Shown piece by piece: positions 51,099 to 59,227 of a DNA stretch of 64,000 nt. This stretch comes from an uncultured Alphaproteobacteria bacterium (lineage in GTDB: Bacteria > Pseudomonadota > Alphaproteobacteria > Rhizobiales > Methyloligellaceae). The position numbers and the translations under genes are program-made. The notes beneath the pieces are model-generated. The model was given only the letters and a program-made list of their open reading frames with translations. It was not told the DNA's origin and searched no databases. The first letter of the stretch is position 1; every line of letters starts with the position of its first letter. The stretch covers positions 94,343-158,342 of the forward strand of contig CAWGCX010000006.1 of assembly GCA_963821255.1 (NCBI GenBank). The letters are read 5' to 3'.

Positions 51099-52040
51099 AT
51101 GGCCGAAGTCTTCATTTTCTACAGCGGGCAGGATCGCGAGCGGCCGAGGCCATCGCGCGCGAGCTTCAACGGCTCGGCGTGGAGGTCTGGTGGGATCTGA
51201 GCTGCTCGGGGGCGACGACTATCGGCAAAGAATCTCCAAGCTTCTGGAGCGCACGCAAGCCGCCATCGTGATCTGGTCCCGTCGCTACGTCGACAGCCAA
51301 TGGGTGATGAGCGAGGCCGCCGCCGCCCGCGAGCGGAAGGTCCTCGTGCCCGTGACGATCGACGGCGCTGAACCACCCATCGACTTCCGCGAGCTGCACA
51401 CGACGGAACCTCATCTCCTGGGTCCGGGCGACCGGCTTCCTCCCACGCTGCTCAGGTCGCTCTCTGAGCGGCTTAACCGGGAGATCGACTATCGTGACCC
51501 CGACGTCCAGCGCGCGGGCACCGTGGCGCGATTGGCGAGGCGGACCACTCAGGCTTGGTATGCCGATTTCGAGAGCCTGCTGTTCTTCTTCATCGGCCAA
51601 GGCTTCGCCTGCTTCCTGCTCAACCTCCCGCTGATCTGTTTCTTCCACACCGGCGACGCCGCGCAGCCTGCGTCGCCCACCTCCGCCGCTGTCGCCCTGC
51701 CGTCTTGGGTCCTTATATCTGGGCGCTGCTGAACGGCGTCATCGTCGCGGCCCTCTATATGCGGCCCGCGCTGGAATCACGCCGGCTCGCGGTCGCGGCT
51801 GCGCTCTTCGCGACCGCCGCGCCGCTGAGCCTCGTGTCCTATCTTGGCGGTCTCGTCATCTTCCTGGGCGGCAGTCAGCACGTCATTCCGCTTGTCGGCC
51901 TTGCCACGCTTGCCATGCTGCTTTGCAGCGCGCTGGCCCAGCGCGGCCTGAAGCGCCCCCTGAGCGCCGGCACGGCAAAGCCGAGCGCCGCACTATCAGG
52001 GGTGAGCGCAGGGTTCCCCAGGGCCTATGGCTGGCCATAG
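51099..52040 (+). pseudogene. TIR-domain protein with a multi-pass membrane C-terminus, three -1 frame changes
   Basis: MAEVFIFYSGQDRER (frame 0). AEAIARELQRLGVEVWWDL (frame 2). ELLGGDDYRQRISKLLERTQAAIVIWSRRYVDSQWVMSEAAAARERKVLVPVTIDGAEPP...FFFIGQGFACFLLNLPLICFF (frame 1). VLGPYIWALLNGVIVAALY...LVSYLGGLVIFLGG...LVGLATLAMLLCSAL (frame 0). Confidence 0.7.
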
Positions 52041-52348
52041 GTCTCGCCCCATTTGTGCAGCGCCTTCAGCACGGGGCCGAGCGCCTTGCCCTTGTCCGTC
52101 AGGTAGTACTCGTAGCGCGGCGGATGACTCTCATAGAGCCGCGCGGCGATCACGCCGCTCTTCTCCAATGTCTTGAGGCGTGCCGACAGCGTGTTCGGCG
52201 CGACGCCTGGCAGACCACGCTCAAGCTCCTGGAAGCGCAGCGCGCCCTTGCGGAACAGGTCGCGCAGCACGAGCAGCGACCATTTCTCGCCGATCACGTC
52301 GAGCGTCCGCGCCACCGGGCAATCCGCCTGACCATATCCATTCGCCAT
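52025..52348 (-). CDS. HxlR-family winged-helix transcriptional regulator
   Basis: CPVARTLDVIGEKWSLLVLRDLF.GALRFQELERGLPGVAPNTLSARLKTLEKSGVI...YYLTDKG. Confidence 0.9.
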   Translation of the reverse strand: MANGYGQADCPVARTLDVIGEKWSLLVLRDLFRKGALRFQELERGLPGVAPNTLSARLKTLEKSGVIAARLYESHPPRYEYYLTDKGKALGPVLKALHKWGETYGQP

Positions 52349-52460
52349 GCCCGCGAAATAAACGCGTACCTTCCGACTTTCAAGTCACTATCTATTGACA
52401 AGTCACTATCTGATTTATAGCTACGGAACATACGCAGCTTGCCTTGCAAGGAGGCCAATC

Positions 52461-53219
52461 ATGTCCATTCCCGCTTTTCTCCCCTATTTCGTCCTGACAG
52501 GCACGGCTTTCGCCATCGCCGCCATCCTGTACGGCCTGAATAGCTCGCTCTTCCGCGCGCACTGGCCCGCGCAGGAGCGCAGGCGCGCGGTCATCGGCGC
52601 CGGCGTCATTCTGCTCGGATGGCTTGCCGCGGCGATCGCGCTCGCTGGGGCGGGCGTCTACCATGTGGCCGCCGACGGCATCCCAACCATCCAATACGGC
52701 ATCTTCATCCCGATCGCGATCGGGCTCCTGCTGCTGTGGCGGTCGGCGCTCGCGAGCCGCATCCTGGACGCCGTGCCGCAGCCCTGGCTCGTCGGCGTGC
52801 AGCTCTACCGCGCGCTCGGCATCATCTTCTTGATCCTGTACGCCTTGGGCGAGCTTCCCGGCCTGTTCGCCTGGCCGGCCGGCGTGGGCGACATCGCCGT
52901 CGGTCTCGCCGCGCCCATCGTGGGCCTCGCCTATGCGCGCGCGCTGCGCGAGGGCGCTGGTCTCGTGCGTGCGTGGAACATATTCGGCATCTTGGATCTC
53001 GTCGTTGCCGTCACGATGGGCTTCGCGACCGCGCCATCCGCGCTTCAACTGATCGACGTGCAGCCGACCAGCGAGCTGATGACCGTGCTGCCCATGGTGC
53101 TGATCCCAACTTATCTCGTGCCGCTGTCCATCGTGCTGCATGTCGCTTCGCTGAAGAAATTGCCGCGCGACGCCGCCAAGCGCTATCCCCGCGAGCTGGT
53201 CCACGAAGGCAAGGTGTAA
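52461..53219 (+). CDS. Hypothetical polytopic membrane protein (divergent from the HxlR regulator)
   Basis: ATG at 52461 and about 7 hydrophobic helices. No family recognised. Confidence 0.65.
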   Translation: MSIPAFLPYFVLTGTAFAIAAILYGLNSSLFRAHWPAQERRRAVIGAGVILLGWLAAAIALAGAGVYHVAADGIPTIQYGIFIPIAIGLLLLWRSALASRILDAVPQPWLVGVQLYRALGIIFLILYALGELPGLFAWPAGVGDIAVGLAAPIVGLAYARALREGAGLVRAWNIFGILDLVVAVTMGFATAPSALQLIDVQPTSELMTVLPMVLIPTYLVPLSIVLHVASLKKLPRDAAKRYPRELVHEGKV

Positions 53220-53220
53220 G

Positions 53221-54054
53221 CTATTGCAGCTCGGGCGCAGCGATGGGCGGGGCAGGGGGATGCGGCTTGGAGATGATATAGGCCGCCACGTCCCACGCCT
53301 GCTGCACGGAAAGCACCGGTTCCTCGTAGTGGATGCCGTAGGGCATGTTGTCGTGGATATAGGCGGCGGCATAGGCGGTCTTCGCCATGCCCGCGCCGGC
53401 ATTGAAGCTTGCCTCGCCCCAGAGCGGCGGGATGTTGTAGCCCACGCCTGAGCCCGTCTTGCGCTCGCCCTGGCCGTCGTCCTTGTGGCACTCAGCGCAG
53501 AACTTCGCGTAGCCCCGCGCCCCGCGCCGCGCGTCGGGCGGCTCGGTCGGAGTGCGCAACGGCTTGAGGCCCATGCCGGCAACGCGCACGCCCTCGGGAC
53601 TCCCTTTGCCGACGAAACGTATATAGGCGATGAGCGCCTCCATCTCCCGGCTCTCGTCAGGGAGCGCCTTGCCGTTCATGCTGCGCGTCATGCAGCCGTT
53701 GATGCGGTCGTGCAGCGTCAGCACCTGATTGTCGACCAGCATCGGGAAGGTGGCGAAGGTCGAGACGAAAGGCGCGGCGAAGGGCTGGAGCCCCGCGTTC
53801 AGGTGGCAGCTCTGGCAGGCGAGATCGTTGCCCGCATAGCGCATGGCAGGATTTTCCGCGTTCACGCCGATATGGCGCGCCGTGTCGACGATGAGGTCGC
53901 GGCCATAGCGGATGAGATCATTCTCAGCCCCGGGCCCGAGCTTGTTGACGTTGGCCGCGTACCAGTTCTTCGGAGTGTCCCACAGGAGATAGCCGGCGCC
54001 GAGGCCAATGGCCGCCGCCAAGGCGAGCCCCAGCGTGACGAGCAGTGATTTCAT
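53221..54054 (-). CDS. Diheme c-type cytochrome, TsdA-like (thiosulfate dehydrogenase family)
   Basis: Signal or anchor, two heme sites (CQSCH and CAECH), and a DRINGCMTRSMNG motif like the Cys-ligand region of TsdA. ATG at 54054. Confidence 0.75.
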   Translation of the reverse strand: MKSLLVTLGLALAAAIGLGAGYLLWDTPKNWYAANVNKLGPGAENDLIRYGRDLIVDTARHIGVNAENPAMRYAGNDLACQSCHLNAGLQPFAAPFVSTFATFPMLVDNQVLTLHDRINGCMTRSMNGKALPDESREMEALIAYIRFVGKGSPEGVRVAGMGLKPLRTPTEPPDARRGARGYAKFCAECHKDDGQGERKTGSGVGYNIPPLWGEASFNAGAGMAKTAYAAAYIHDNMPYGIHYEEPVLSVQQAWDVAAYIISKPHPPAPPIAAPELQ

Positions 54055-54236
54055 GAGCCGACACCAGCCCCGACTCCAAGGCGGCCACAGTCTCACCGCG
54101 CGCGGCCGAAGGCAATGGTAGGCGAGGCCTGCCGGTGTTCCGGCGGTTTTGCGTCCTTTAGGCTGACGGTAAAGGAGCAACGGTCCCGCAAAAGGGCTTA
54201 TCCATATCGCCGAGGAGTTGCTAGAGGGCAGACGCC

Positions 54237-54422
54237 ATGACAGGCCGTAGAGAGCGGCCTGAGACCCTTTCCCGGCGCAAGGCGCTACCCATTCTGGGCC
54301 TCGCCACGGTGGCCGCGTATGCGGCGCCCGCCGCGCTCATTCTCTCGAGCGCGAAGGCCGAGACGGGCAGCCAGACGCGGACGCGCACGAGGACCCGCAC
54401 GCGGACGCGCACGCATCCTTAA
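54237..54422 (+). CDS. Small ORF: signal-peptide-like N-terminus and a C-terminal (Thr-Arg)6 tail
   Basis: MTGRRERPETLSRRKALPILGLATVAAYAAPAALILSSAKA / ETGSQTRTRTRTRTRTRTHP. Mostly G/C third positions and a purine-rich stretch (agaggg) ahead of the ATG. No family recognised, so it could be a chance ORF over a microsatellite. Confidence 0.35.
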   Translation: MTGRRERPETLSRRKALPILGLATVAAYAAPAALILSSAKAETGSQTRTRTRTRTRTRTHP

Positions 54423-54467
54423 GGCTTGGGCGGCCACGCGATCCGCAAGCAGACCGAAGATCGGGTG

Positions 54468-54814
54468 ATGCTTTCATTCCGGGCGACCGGCTGGTCGCTC
54501 GGCTTGACCCGTTGTTCTGAAATTGCTGCCGGCCTCGAAGCGATCCTGCATGGCTGGGACATCGAGCACGCGGATGGCGGAGCGCCAGACGCGGAGATCA
54601 CGCGCGAGCGCGATGGCTATGTCTGGTCGTCGGCGGTGCGGTGAAGCCGCATCTCTTCCGTCTGGCGCGCGCTCGAAGAGCCGCGCACGCTCGCCGAGTT
54701 GCGCACCCTGTTCGAGGCCGCCTTCCCCGACATCGAGCCGCGCCGGGTCGCCGGCGATCTCGGCGCGCTGCTCGAACGTTCGAACGCGACGGCCTGGTGA
54801 AGCGGGCGCTGTAG
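54468..54814 (+). pseudogene. PqqD-like (RiPP recognition element-type) small protein, interrupted by an in-frame TGA (54642) and a -1 frameshift (about 54779)
   Basis: MLSFRATGWSLGL...PDAEITRERDGYVWSSAVR-TGA-SRISSVWRALEEPRTLAELRTLFEAAFPDIEPRRVAGDLGALLER, then (frame change at cgttcg) [11 protein letters not shown]. The W.aL.ep.TlaEL....f......v..Dl..lL..fe..GLV pattern is PqqD-like. Confidence 0.4.
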
Positions 54815-54869
54815 CCGTCCGTGCCCGGAACTCCTATATGGAGACCGAAAGCCAGCCCTTGTCCTTGCC

Positions 54870-57242
54870 GTGAACAGAGAAACGCCTCACGCGGCCCAAA
54901 CGGCCATCGATCCCGTTTGCGGGATGACGGTCGACAAGCATGCCGGCAAGCCGACGCACGCGCATGTTGGGCACAGCTATTATTTCTGCTCGCAGGGCTG
55001 CCGCACGAAGTTCGCCGCCGACCCTAAGCGGTATCTCGACAGGGCTGGTGGCGCGCCCGAGCCTGTGCCGCAAGGCACGCTCTACACCTGCCCGATGCAC
55101 CAGGAGATCGTGCAGGAGGGGCCGGGGCATTGCCCGATCTGCGGCATGGCGCTCGAGCCGAAGGGCGTGCCGCCGATGGACGAGCATGACCATGGCGGCC
55201 ACCCGGAGCTTGTCGATTTCACGCGCAGGCTATGGGTAGCGGTGCCGCTGTCTTTGGCGCTCCTCGTCATGGACATGGGCGCGCATGTCTTCGGCATCGA
55301 TATACTGCCGTTCCTGGAGCCCCGCGCGCAGCAATGGCTGAAGCTCGCCATCGCGATCCCCGCGGTGCTCTGGTGCGGCTGGCCGTTCTTCGTGCGCGGT
55401 TTCCAGTCGATCCGCTCGGGCTGGCTCAACATGTTCACGCTGATCGGGCTCGGCACGGGCGCCGCATTTCTCTACAGCGTGATCGCGGTGGTCGCGCCCG
55501 GCCTGTTCCCCGCCGCGATGAAGGATCATCACGGCATCGTCCCGGATTATTTCGAGGCGGCCTCCGTGATCGTCGCGCTCGTGCTGCTCGGCCAGGTGCT
55601 GGAGCTCCGCGCACGCGAGCGGACCGGCGGCGCGATCCGCGCGCTGCTCGATCTTGCGCCGAAGACAGCGCTGCGTGTGCTTGGCGGCGGGCGGACCGAG
55701 ACCGTGGCGCTCGCTAACGTTGCGGTCGGCGATATCTTGCGCGTGCGGCCCGGCGACAAGGTGCCGATCGACGGTACGGTGACCGAAGGGTCGAGCGCGG
55801 TCGACGAGTCGATGCTGACCGGCGAGCCGGTTCCGGTGGAGAAGGTCGCGGGCGACCGCGTCACCGGCGGAACGCTGAACGGCACCGGCAGCTTCGACAT
55901 GCGCGTGGACCGCACCGGCGCGGAGACCACGCTCGCGCAGGTCGTCAACATGGTCGCCGAAGCGCAGCGCTCGCGCGCGCCCATCCAGCGCCTCGCCGAC
56001 ACGGTGTCAGGCTATTTCGTGCCGGCGGTGATCCTGGTGGCGATCATCGCGTTCGTCGCGTGGCTCGTGCTCGGGCCGTCACCGCAGCTCGCTTACGCGC
56101 TGATCGCGGCGGTGAGCGTGCTGATCATCGCCTGCCCCTGCGCGTTAGGCCTCGCCACGCCGATCTCGATCATGGTGGCGACCGGGCGCGGCGCGCAAGC
56201 TGGCGTGCTCGTGCGGAACGCCACGGCGCTCGAGCGGCTCGCGGCCGTTGATACGGTAGTGGTCGACAAGACTGGCACGCTCACTGAAGGGCGCCCCAAC
56301 TTCACCGGCGTCGAAGTGGCCAAAGGCTTCACCGAGGACGAGGTGTTGAGCCTCGCCGCTTCGCTCGAAGCGGGCAGCGAGCATCCGCTCGCCGCCGCGA
56401 TCCTGCACGGCGCCGAGGCGCGCGGGCTCAGCTTCGCCAAAACCGAGGGCTTCGACTCGGTCACGGGTCAGGGGGTCAAGGGCCGCATCGGCCGGCGCGA
56501 GGTGCTGCTCGGCAGCGCGCGTCTGTTGGAAGGCGCGAGGATCGACGCGCGCCCACTCGCCAAGCAGGCCGAAGCGCTGCGCAAGCGCGGCGAGACGGTG
56601 GTGTTCCTTGGCGCGGACGGCAAGCTCGCCGGGCTCGTGGCGGTCGCCGACCCGATCAAGGCGTCGGCCGAAGAAGCGATCAAGAAGCTGCACGCGCTCG
56701 GGCTTCGCATCGTCATGGCGACCGGTGACAACGAGACGACCGCGCGCGCGGTGGCGGGGGAGCTCGGCATCGACGAGGTGCATGCCGGCATGCGGCCCGA
56801 GGAGAAGCTGACGCTGATCGCAGGCCTGCAGAAGAAGGGCGCGGTCGTGGCGATGGCCGGCGACGGCATCAACGACGCACCTGCGCTTGCGAAGGCCGAT
56901 GTCGGTATCGCCATGGGCACGGGCGCTGACGTCGCGATGGAGAGCGCGGGGCTCACGCTACTCAAGGGCGATCTGCGCGGCGTGGTGCGCGGGGTCAAGC
57001 TCGCGCGCGCTACCATGCGCAACATCAAGCAGAACCTGTTCTTCGCCTTCGTTTACAACGCGCTCGGCGTGCCGATCGCCGCCGGCGTGCTCTATCCCGC
57101 CTTCGGCATCCTGCTGTCGCCGATGGTTGCCGCCGCGGCCATGAGCCTGTCGTCGGTCTCGGTGGTCGGCAACGCGCTACGCCTCCGCAACCTCGATCTG
57201 GATTGGCGCGCAAGCGGCAGGGCCCCTGATCCCTCCCCTTGA
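54870..57242 (+). CDS. copA: Copper-translocating P1B-type ATPase with an N-terminal YHS/TRASH domain and a zinc-ribbon-like metal-binding module
   Basis: DPVCGMTV...[19 protein letters not shown]; [26 protein letters not shown]; TGEPVPVEK; [10 protein letters not shown]; DKTGTLT; [11 protein letters not shown] start. Confidence 0.92.
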   Translation: MNRETPHAAQTAIDPVCGMTVDKHAGKPTHAHVGHSYYFCSQGCRTKFAADPKRYLDRAGGAPEPVPQGTLYTCPMHQEIVQEGPGHCPICGMALEPKGVPPMDEHDHGGHPELVDFTRRLWVAVPLSLALLVMDMGAHVFGIDILPFLEPRAQQWLKLAIAIPAVLWCGWPFFVRGFQSIRSGWLNMFTLIGLGTGAAFLYSVIAVVAPGLFPAAMKDHHGIVPDYFEAASVIVALVLLGQVLELRARERTGGAIRALLDLAPKTALRVLGGGRTETVALANVAVGDILRVRPGDKVPIDGTVTEGSSAVDESMLTGEPVPVEKVAGDRVTGGTLNGTGSFDMRVDRTGAETTLAQVVNMVAEAQRSRAPIQRLADTVSGYFVPAVILVAIIAFVAWLVLGPSPQLAYALIAAVSVLIIACPCALGLATPISIMVATGRGAQAGVLVRNATALERLAAVDTVVVDKTGTLTEGRPNFTGVEVAKGFTEDEVLSLAASLEAGSEHPLAAAILHGAEARGLSFAKTEGFDSVTGQGVKGRIGRREVLLGSARLLEGARIDARPLAKQAEALRKRGETVVFLGADGKLAGLVAVADPIKASAEEAIKKLHALGLRIVMATGDNETTARAVAGELGIDEVHAGMRPEEKLTLIAGLQKKGAVVAMAGDGINDAPALAKADVGIAMGTGADVAMESAGLTLLKGDLRGVVRGVKLARATMRNIKQNLFFAFVYNALGVPIAAGVLYPAFGILLSPMVAAAAMSLSSVSVVGNALRLRNLDLDWRASGRAPDPSP

Positions 57243-57365
57243 TGGGGAGGGAGTCGCGCGCGCAGTGCGCGGCGGGTGGGGTGAATATCCCCTGTGTCGA
57301 AGAAAATTCCCGCCACCCCGACTTTGCCTTTGGCGAAGTCGGACCTCCCCACGAGGGGGAGGTAT
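57229..57365. repeat. Family B palindromic repeats (three hairpins)
   Basis: ccctcccc-ttgat-ggggaggg, ccgactt-tgcctttggcg-aagtcgg and gacctcccc-acga-gggggaggt, between the convergent copA and histidine kinase genes. Confidence 0.7.
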
Positions 57366-57411
57366 GGGCTAACCGGAAGGCGCTCGGATCACTCCTACAG
57401 CCGGTACGCGA

Positions 57412-58995
57412 TCAGTGCTGGTTGGCGAGCCATTTGTTCGAGCCGACGCGGGTGCTTTGCGGGCGCGGCCGCTCCTCGATCCGCGCTTCGGCTTTCTCCT
57501 CCCCGGGCTCGGACACGCGCGGCAAAGCCTCCATCACGCGCTTGCGGGGAAGCGTGATGATCACCTCGGTGCCGTAGCGGAGCTTGCTCTTAAGCTCGAA
57601 GGTCCCGTCGTGCAGCTCGGTAAGCCCCTTGGTTATGGGAAGCCCGAGCCCCGTGCCGCCTTCTGCCGTCTCGTGTGCGAGCGAGCCCTGGCCGAAGCTC
57701 CTCAGCACGCGCGGGATCTCGCTCTCAGGAATGCCCGGGCCTGTGTCCTTCACGCTCAGGAACTGGCCGCCGGTCGGGGTGCGGCCGATCGTGAGCGTCA
57801 CAGTGCCGCCGCTCGGCGTAAACTTGATCGTGTTGGAGAGCAGGTTGAGGCAGATCTGGCGGATCGCGCGCTCGTCGGCCCAGAGCTGGGGAAGGTCAGG
57901 CTCGAAGTTCTCGACGATCTTCAGCCCCTTGTTCTCGGCGCGGAGCCGCATCAGCCGGTGGCAATCCTCGACCACGTCGGCCAGCGTCACCGGCCCTTCG
58001 TTCAGCTCGTAGCGCCCCGCCTCGATGCGGCTGATGTCGAGGATCTCGTTGATGAGGGTGAGCAGATGCTGCCCGCTCTCATGGATGTCGTTCGCGTATT
58101 CGCGATAGGTCGGATTGGCATGCGGACCGAGAATCTCCGCGCGCATGATCTCCGAGAAGCCGAGAATGGCGTTGAGCGGTGTGCGCAGCTCGTGGCTCAT
58201 CGTGGCGAGGAAGCGCGACTTGGCAAGATTGGCTTCCTCGGCGCGCAGCCGCGCCTCGTCGGAGATCGCCTTCGACTGCTCGAGCTCGCCGATCAGCGCA
58301 TCCTTCTCCGCGCGATATTCCAGCATGGCGAGCACGGTCGAGTTCCAGCCGTTCATCAGCCACACGAAATAGATGTAGACGCCGACCGCCATGGCCGCCA
58401 TCGCCCAGAAGAAAGGGCTGTCGAGGAGCGCGAAGCGGACGACGATGGCGATCACCATCGGCAACGTGCCGGCATAGACGATCTGCTGCACGGTCGAGGC
58501 GAACAGCATGCGCATCGAGATGACGACGAGCAGCGCGGCGAAGATGAAGGTGTTGGCCGCTTCGCCTTGCGTCGCGGGGCTGACGAAGGCGACGCTCGCC
58601 CAAGTGACGCCGTAGAGGAACTCGGCGGCGGTGATCTTGGCGCGCCAGACCGGCGTCTGCGCGTCATCCCGCGGCGTCCTAGCGAATTGCCGGCAGAGCG
58701 CGACGAGGATGCCCTTCGAAACGAACACGGTGGCGAGCCAGATAATGAGCTCGCGCGGCGGCGCCCAGAACATGGCGCCTAACGCGACGATGAGCGCGAG
58801 CAGGGGCGTCGTCGCCGCGCCTGACAGCGCGTTCCGCACGAACATCATCAGGAGTTCGTATTCGAACTCCGGCCTGAAGCCCGATTTGTAGGTGAGCTTC
58901 TCGCGGGCCTCCTGGACGCTGCGGAATGCGCGCCTTTTGCCGGAGGCGAGCGCCGAATCGCCCCTTGTGGCCTCTGCCGGCGCGCTTGTTGCCAT
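57412..58995 (-). CDS. Membrane sensor histidine kinase (PleC/DivJ/PdhS-like kinase core), orphan
   Basis: About 6 TM helices and a coiled coil. SHELRTPLNAILGFSEIM...Y.EYANDIHESGQHLLTLINEILDISRIEAG, DTGPGI and GTGLGLPIT. Confidence 0.88.
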   Translation of the reverse strand: MATSAPAEATRGDSALASGKRRAFRSVQEAREKLTYKSGFRPEFEYELLMMFVRNALSGAATTPLLALIVALGAMFWAPPRELIIWLATVFVSKGILVALCRQFARTPRDDAQTPVWRAKITAAEFLYGVTWASVAFVSPATQGEAANTFIFAALLVVISMRMLFASTVQQIVYAGTLPMVIAIVVRFALLDSPFFWAMAAMAVGVYIYFVWLMNGWNSTVLAMLEYRAEKDALIGELEQSKAISDEARLRAEEANLAKSRFLATMSHELRTPLNAILGFSEIMRAEILGPHANPTYREYANDIHESGQHLLTLINEILDISRIEAGRYELNEGPVTLADVVEDCHRLMRLRAENKGLKIVENFEPDLPQLWADERAIRQICLNLLSNTIKFTPSGGTVTLTIGRTPTGGQFLSVKDTGPGIPESEIPRVLRSFGQGSLAHETAEGGTGLGLPITKGLTELHDGTFELKSKLRYGTEVIITLPRKRVMEALPRVSEPGEEKAEARIEERPRPQSTRVGSNKWLANQH

Positions 58996-59227
58996 CTATT
59001 CGATCCGCGACTGACTGGACGAAAAAGCGTGAATCGCCAAAGACATATGCTTGGCGCGGCCTGTCGCGGACCCCCCGCTGGCCTCGTTGCCAACTATCTC
59101 CCGGAATCCCTAACGCCGCGTTTACTCTTGCCCTGCCTTGAGACGCGAACAGGGACTGGCACCGCAGGAGCGGTTTCGCACATAATGGGGGCGCAGGAGC
59201 ATGCGGTGCGCTTTGGCAGAGGTTCGA

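Noticed and set aside
52392-53582. 396-codon minus-strand ORF covering the membrane-protein gene and part of the cytochrome gene.
   Set aside because: It crosses a convergent gene junction. The translation is Arg/Pro/Ala-rich without TM or heme motifs, whereas the two chosen genes show clean TM helices and CxxCH sites.
54372-54415. The acgcgg/acgcgc repeat tract as a CRISPR-like or regulatory repeat array.
   Set aside because: There are only about 1.6 copies of a 24-nt unit, with no spacers and no cas genes. It lies inside a plausible ORF, where it encodes the TR tail.
54642-54644. In-frame TGA in the PqqD-like reading as a selenocysteine or programmed read-through codon.
   Set aside because: I saw no obvious SECIS-like hairpin immediately downstream and no Cys-type redox context. 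The same gene also needs a frameshift, so a nonsense mutation or sequencing error is more parsimonious.
57415-58782. 455-codon plus-strand ORF opposite the third histidine kinase.
   Set aside because: It is a shadow ORF. The kinase motifs on the minus strand are unambiguous.
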